DNA from: Vicugna vicugna
Taxonomy: Eukaryota
Assembly: GCA_013265495.1 (NCBI GenBank)
Contig: MU062841.1
Coordinates: 2,914,001-2,978,000 of the forward strand
Direction of reading: 5' to 3'
DNA length: 64,000 nt
A program made the position numbers and the translations under genes. Positions 61,011 to 64,000 of this stretch are shown here, piece after piece. Positions within the stretch are counted from its first letter, which is position 1; each line of letters opens with the position of its first letter. Under the pieces are notes generated by a model. It was not told the DNA's origin. It was given only the letters and a program-made list of their open reading frames with translations, and ran no database searches.

Positions 61011-61589
61011 TGTTGTCATTATGATTGCCATCTGACTGAGGATTGATAAGTAAAATGTAACCAGGATCTCAGCTTGAGCCCTGCCCAGCTCCACTTGAGA
61101 TGTGGGGCCCACCTGGGCTGGGCTGGGGGAACAAGAATAGAGAAAAACAAACTGACATTTACTTATTTGTGGAAACCACTGCCTCTCAAAAAATGTCCCA
61201 GCGTGAATCTCTTAAGTGTCCTCCTTTAATGTTTACCTTCTATTAACCTCTGCGTCTATGCTATTTGATTTGAAATCATCGCGCGGTAAACACTCGTTCA
61301 TAATTAAATATCACAGAGAACAAAGCTAAAAATAATATAATAATCAAATGATCTCATGCTTTCCAAAATGTGTTCTGCAGAACATTAGGCCTTTTAATAT
61401 GCTCATTTAAGGGGGAAAAAAAGAATTTTAAGAGCAAGTAAGTTCATACCCTATTCACCATTTTCTCTCAGAGATTCATACCGCACGTGGCTGTATGAAA
61501 AGCTGCACGAGGACCTGAATAAACACCTATTTCACCCCCCAGTGAGCTACCCGTCCACACCCATCGGAGTAGCTACAATCTGCAGGCAG

Positions 61590-62285
61590 ATGAGAACAAG
61601 TGTCGACAAGGGTGTGATGAACCAGAACTCAGATATGCTGCTGGTAAGAATGAAAAATGGTTCAGCCGCTTTGGAAAACAGTTTGGCAGTTTCTTCACAT
61701 GTCCAACATCCACTTACCAAAGAACCCAGCACTTCTATCCTAAAATCTACCTAAGAGAAATAAAACCATATGCCCACGCAAAGACTCACACATGAATGTC
61801 AATAACAACACCGTTTATAATAGCCCCAAACTGGGGACAATGCGAATGTCCATCGACTGGTGAACAGATACACGAAAGGTGGTGCATCCATGCAACGGAA
61901 TAACACCACAGCAATAAGAAGGAACAGAATACTAATACATATTACAGCGTGGATGAAGCTCCAAAGCATGATGCCAAGGAAAAAGAAGGCAAACACAAGA
62001 GGCCACTTGGCCTGTGACTCCATTATATGAAATCCCCAGAGCAGGCAAGTCCATAGAGACAGAAGGTAGCTAAGTGATTGCCTGGGGCCAGGGGTGGGAG
62101 TGGGGAGTGGCTGTAAATTTGAGGAGAGCTGAGCCAGAGGAGTGTTGGGAATGCGCAAAAACTGGATTACAGTGACGGTTGTTACACAACTCTATAAATT
62201 TACTAAAAATCGTCTAATTGTACACTGATGAGTGGATTTGTGCCATGTATACGTTCATAATAAATTATTATATTCAATAATTTTA
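61590..62285 (+). mobile_element. L1MB-like 3' end
   Basis: tgctggtaagaatgaaaaatggttcagccgctttggaaaacagtttggcagtttc...ataatagccccaaactgg...catagagacagaaggtag. Confidence 0.85.
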
Positions 62286-64000
62286 TACTTTATATTATAT
62301 TATAAAGCTGCTGTTCTTTCCGCTCCCTCCTCCCCCCAAAATCTATTTAACTGGTTGAAATCAGTGTTTCCCGCGCTCATGGGCCTCTTTTTTCCCTTGG
62401 AACCCATGTTAACATCTATGAAATATCAGCTCTTCTAAATAGTTAAGTACTGATTTTGTGCTCAGAGCCTAAGCTTTACTCATCCTAGGGTTTTACCATG
62501 TCTTGAAAGCCCATTTGGCAAGCATCCCGGAGTCTGTTTGCCTGCAGGACCCATTAGAAGTGAGAGTTAAGGAAAACAGCCTGGTTATAGACCAACAGGC
62601 CACAGCTGGAGCGAGAGAGAATTCTGAGAATTCAGTTCAATCTTGGTGGTATCGCAAGAGTCCAGAATGTAGCAACTTGGTTGCAAACAATAATGGAAGA
62701 TGGTCACCGCAGTAAAGATATCAGCACGCCCTGACCCACCCCTGGAAAGCTGAGCACACTCCCTGGCCCCCTGGCACGAGTCAGTAGCGGCTGTGCCTTC
62801 AGCTGCAATTGGCCTTGATGGGAGATTCACCCTAAAGAGTCAGGGCAGAAGAAAATGACTGATAACCGTATGCTTGGAAAGGCTAGTTGGTGTATCAACA
62901 CATGAGATAGACTGGGTGCCCCGAAACTATTTGGCAAGAATTAAAGAGGAATTTGGAATAGAGGGGTAAAGCCCAAGAAAATGTTATTTGAGAACCTTAG
63001 TGTAATTCTATTTTAATGAGCAAGAGATAGGAAGGTCGGCAAACTCAGATGGGTACCAACGAGATAGCTAAGGTGTCCATTGGCTTTGCAGACACCTCTT
63101 GAGTTCCCATCCTCATCGTGCAGGTCGGGCCAGTGAGTCCAAAGAGAGGGCAGGGGGCTCAGTACAGAATATTTTCAGTTGTTTTAAGAGAAAGACCATT
63201 GGACCACTGGTTCTATGTCTGCCATCGCAACCTTGAGGGACCCTGGATGAGGCCCTCAATTTCATGCATCTAAATGACAGGCTGTGCTGGATGACTGACT
63301 TCTCAAGTCCTTTCCAGCTCTCTGACTCAATAGTTTTTCTGTATCTGTGACAGTGCTTTGAACCATCTAAGCAACATATAAAGCATAGCGATCATTAATA
63401 TTATTTTAATATTTAGGATAGTGTCCATTTTGAGTTAAGGGCATCATTTCCAAACTGAGTAACCCTTTGTTGGCAATCTGATGGCTCTTTACTCTTAAAC
63501 GTTTAGAATTACTCCAAGAGGTCCCACGGCACTCTGCACCTATTTCTATGACTACAGTATACTGTTAGTGTTTATATGTCTTTCTGCCAGGAGATTTTGA
63601 ACAATTCTAGGATAGATAAAGCACAGGATTTTACTAATTTTTTCATTTCTAGCATCAAATACAGTCTTTAATCATAGAAAATGTTTGCTCAGTAAAGGAG
63701 GTTAATAGTTATTCAGTAACTGGCTGAAAGCAAGTCAAAAATGGCCCAAGGGTCAGACGGCCCCTGCCCTGCTGTAAATAGACCAATTGGTTTACCTTTC
63801 TTTACCAAAAGTGTTGGATCAGCTGACATTCTGAAGATGCCACCTTTTACAAGGAGTCATTCACTTTTTTACTTCCCTGCCCGCCTTCTATTTACATCAA
63901 GTTCCCAGATGAGATTGCCCCGTGCCCTGGTTCTAAGGACTACTTGAGTTATTTGTATCAACTTCCCGACGGACCATAAAGTATGTTTTAGCCACCTGCG

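Larger units (their letters stand above)
1..64000 (-). other. SV2B: SV2B gene body (partial: within intron 1 at the right edge to within intron 12 at the left edge)
   Basis: Eleven exons splice in frame into an SV2-family MFS protein starting MDDYKYQD...; exon sizes match human SV2B as recalled (CDS 1-1868). No exon 1/promoter or terminal exon (ATAFGILNGLCK...) found in the window. Confidence 0.98.

Noticed and set aside
1-64000. CRISPR arrays, prokaryotic systems, CpG-island promoter
   Set aside because: Mammalian intronic DNA; no regularly spaced repeat-spacer array and no CpG island seen.

Overview
Mammalian genomic DNA, probably camelid (inferred from tRNA-derived SINEs resembling the camelid Vic-1 family, cetartiodactyl-type L1 3' ends, and no recognisable Bov-A/BovB, PRE or Alu). 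The window lies entirely inside SV2B (synaptic vesicle glycoprotein 2B) on the minus strand. Eleven coding exons (human exons 2-12; 451+181+152+134+90+111+89+165+134+201+160 = 1868 nt) have canonical GT-AG borders and splice into an uninterrupted frame. Non-coding exon 1 lies beyond the right edge and the last coding exon beyond the left edge. Introns carry L1, L2, MIR, hAT MITEs, MaLR/ERV1 solo LTRs, microsatellites and four small N gaps. The most unusual structures are: (1) a perfect 215-bp inverted repeat (32436-32650 / 33685-33899) around a 1034-bp spacer, next to an ERV1 solo LTR in intron 2; (2) an ERV-L gag-protease fragment that starts at the primer-binding site, has no LTR, and splits an L2 (49509-51550); (3) a small L1 insertion with a twin-priming 5' inversion just upstream of exon 8; (4) clustered uORFs, one encoding MDDGY* in frame with the MDDY main start; (5) substitutions in the luminal domain that binds botulinum neurotoxin. 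Repeat-family names and human/rodent protein comparisons are from memory and need database confirmation. No new protein-coding system was found.
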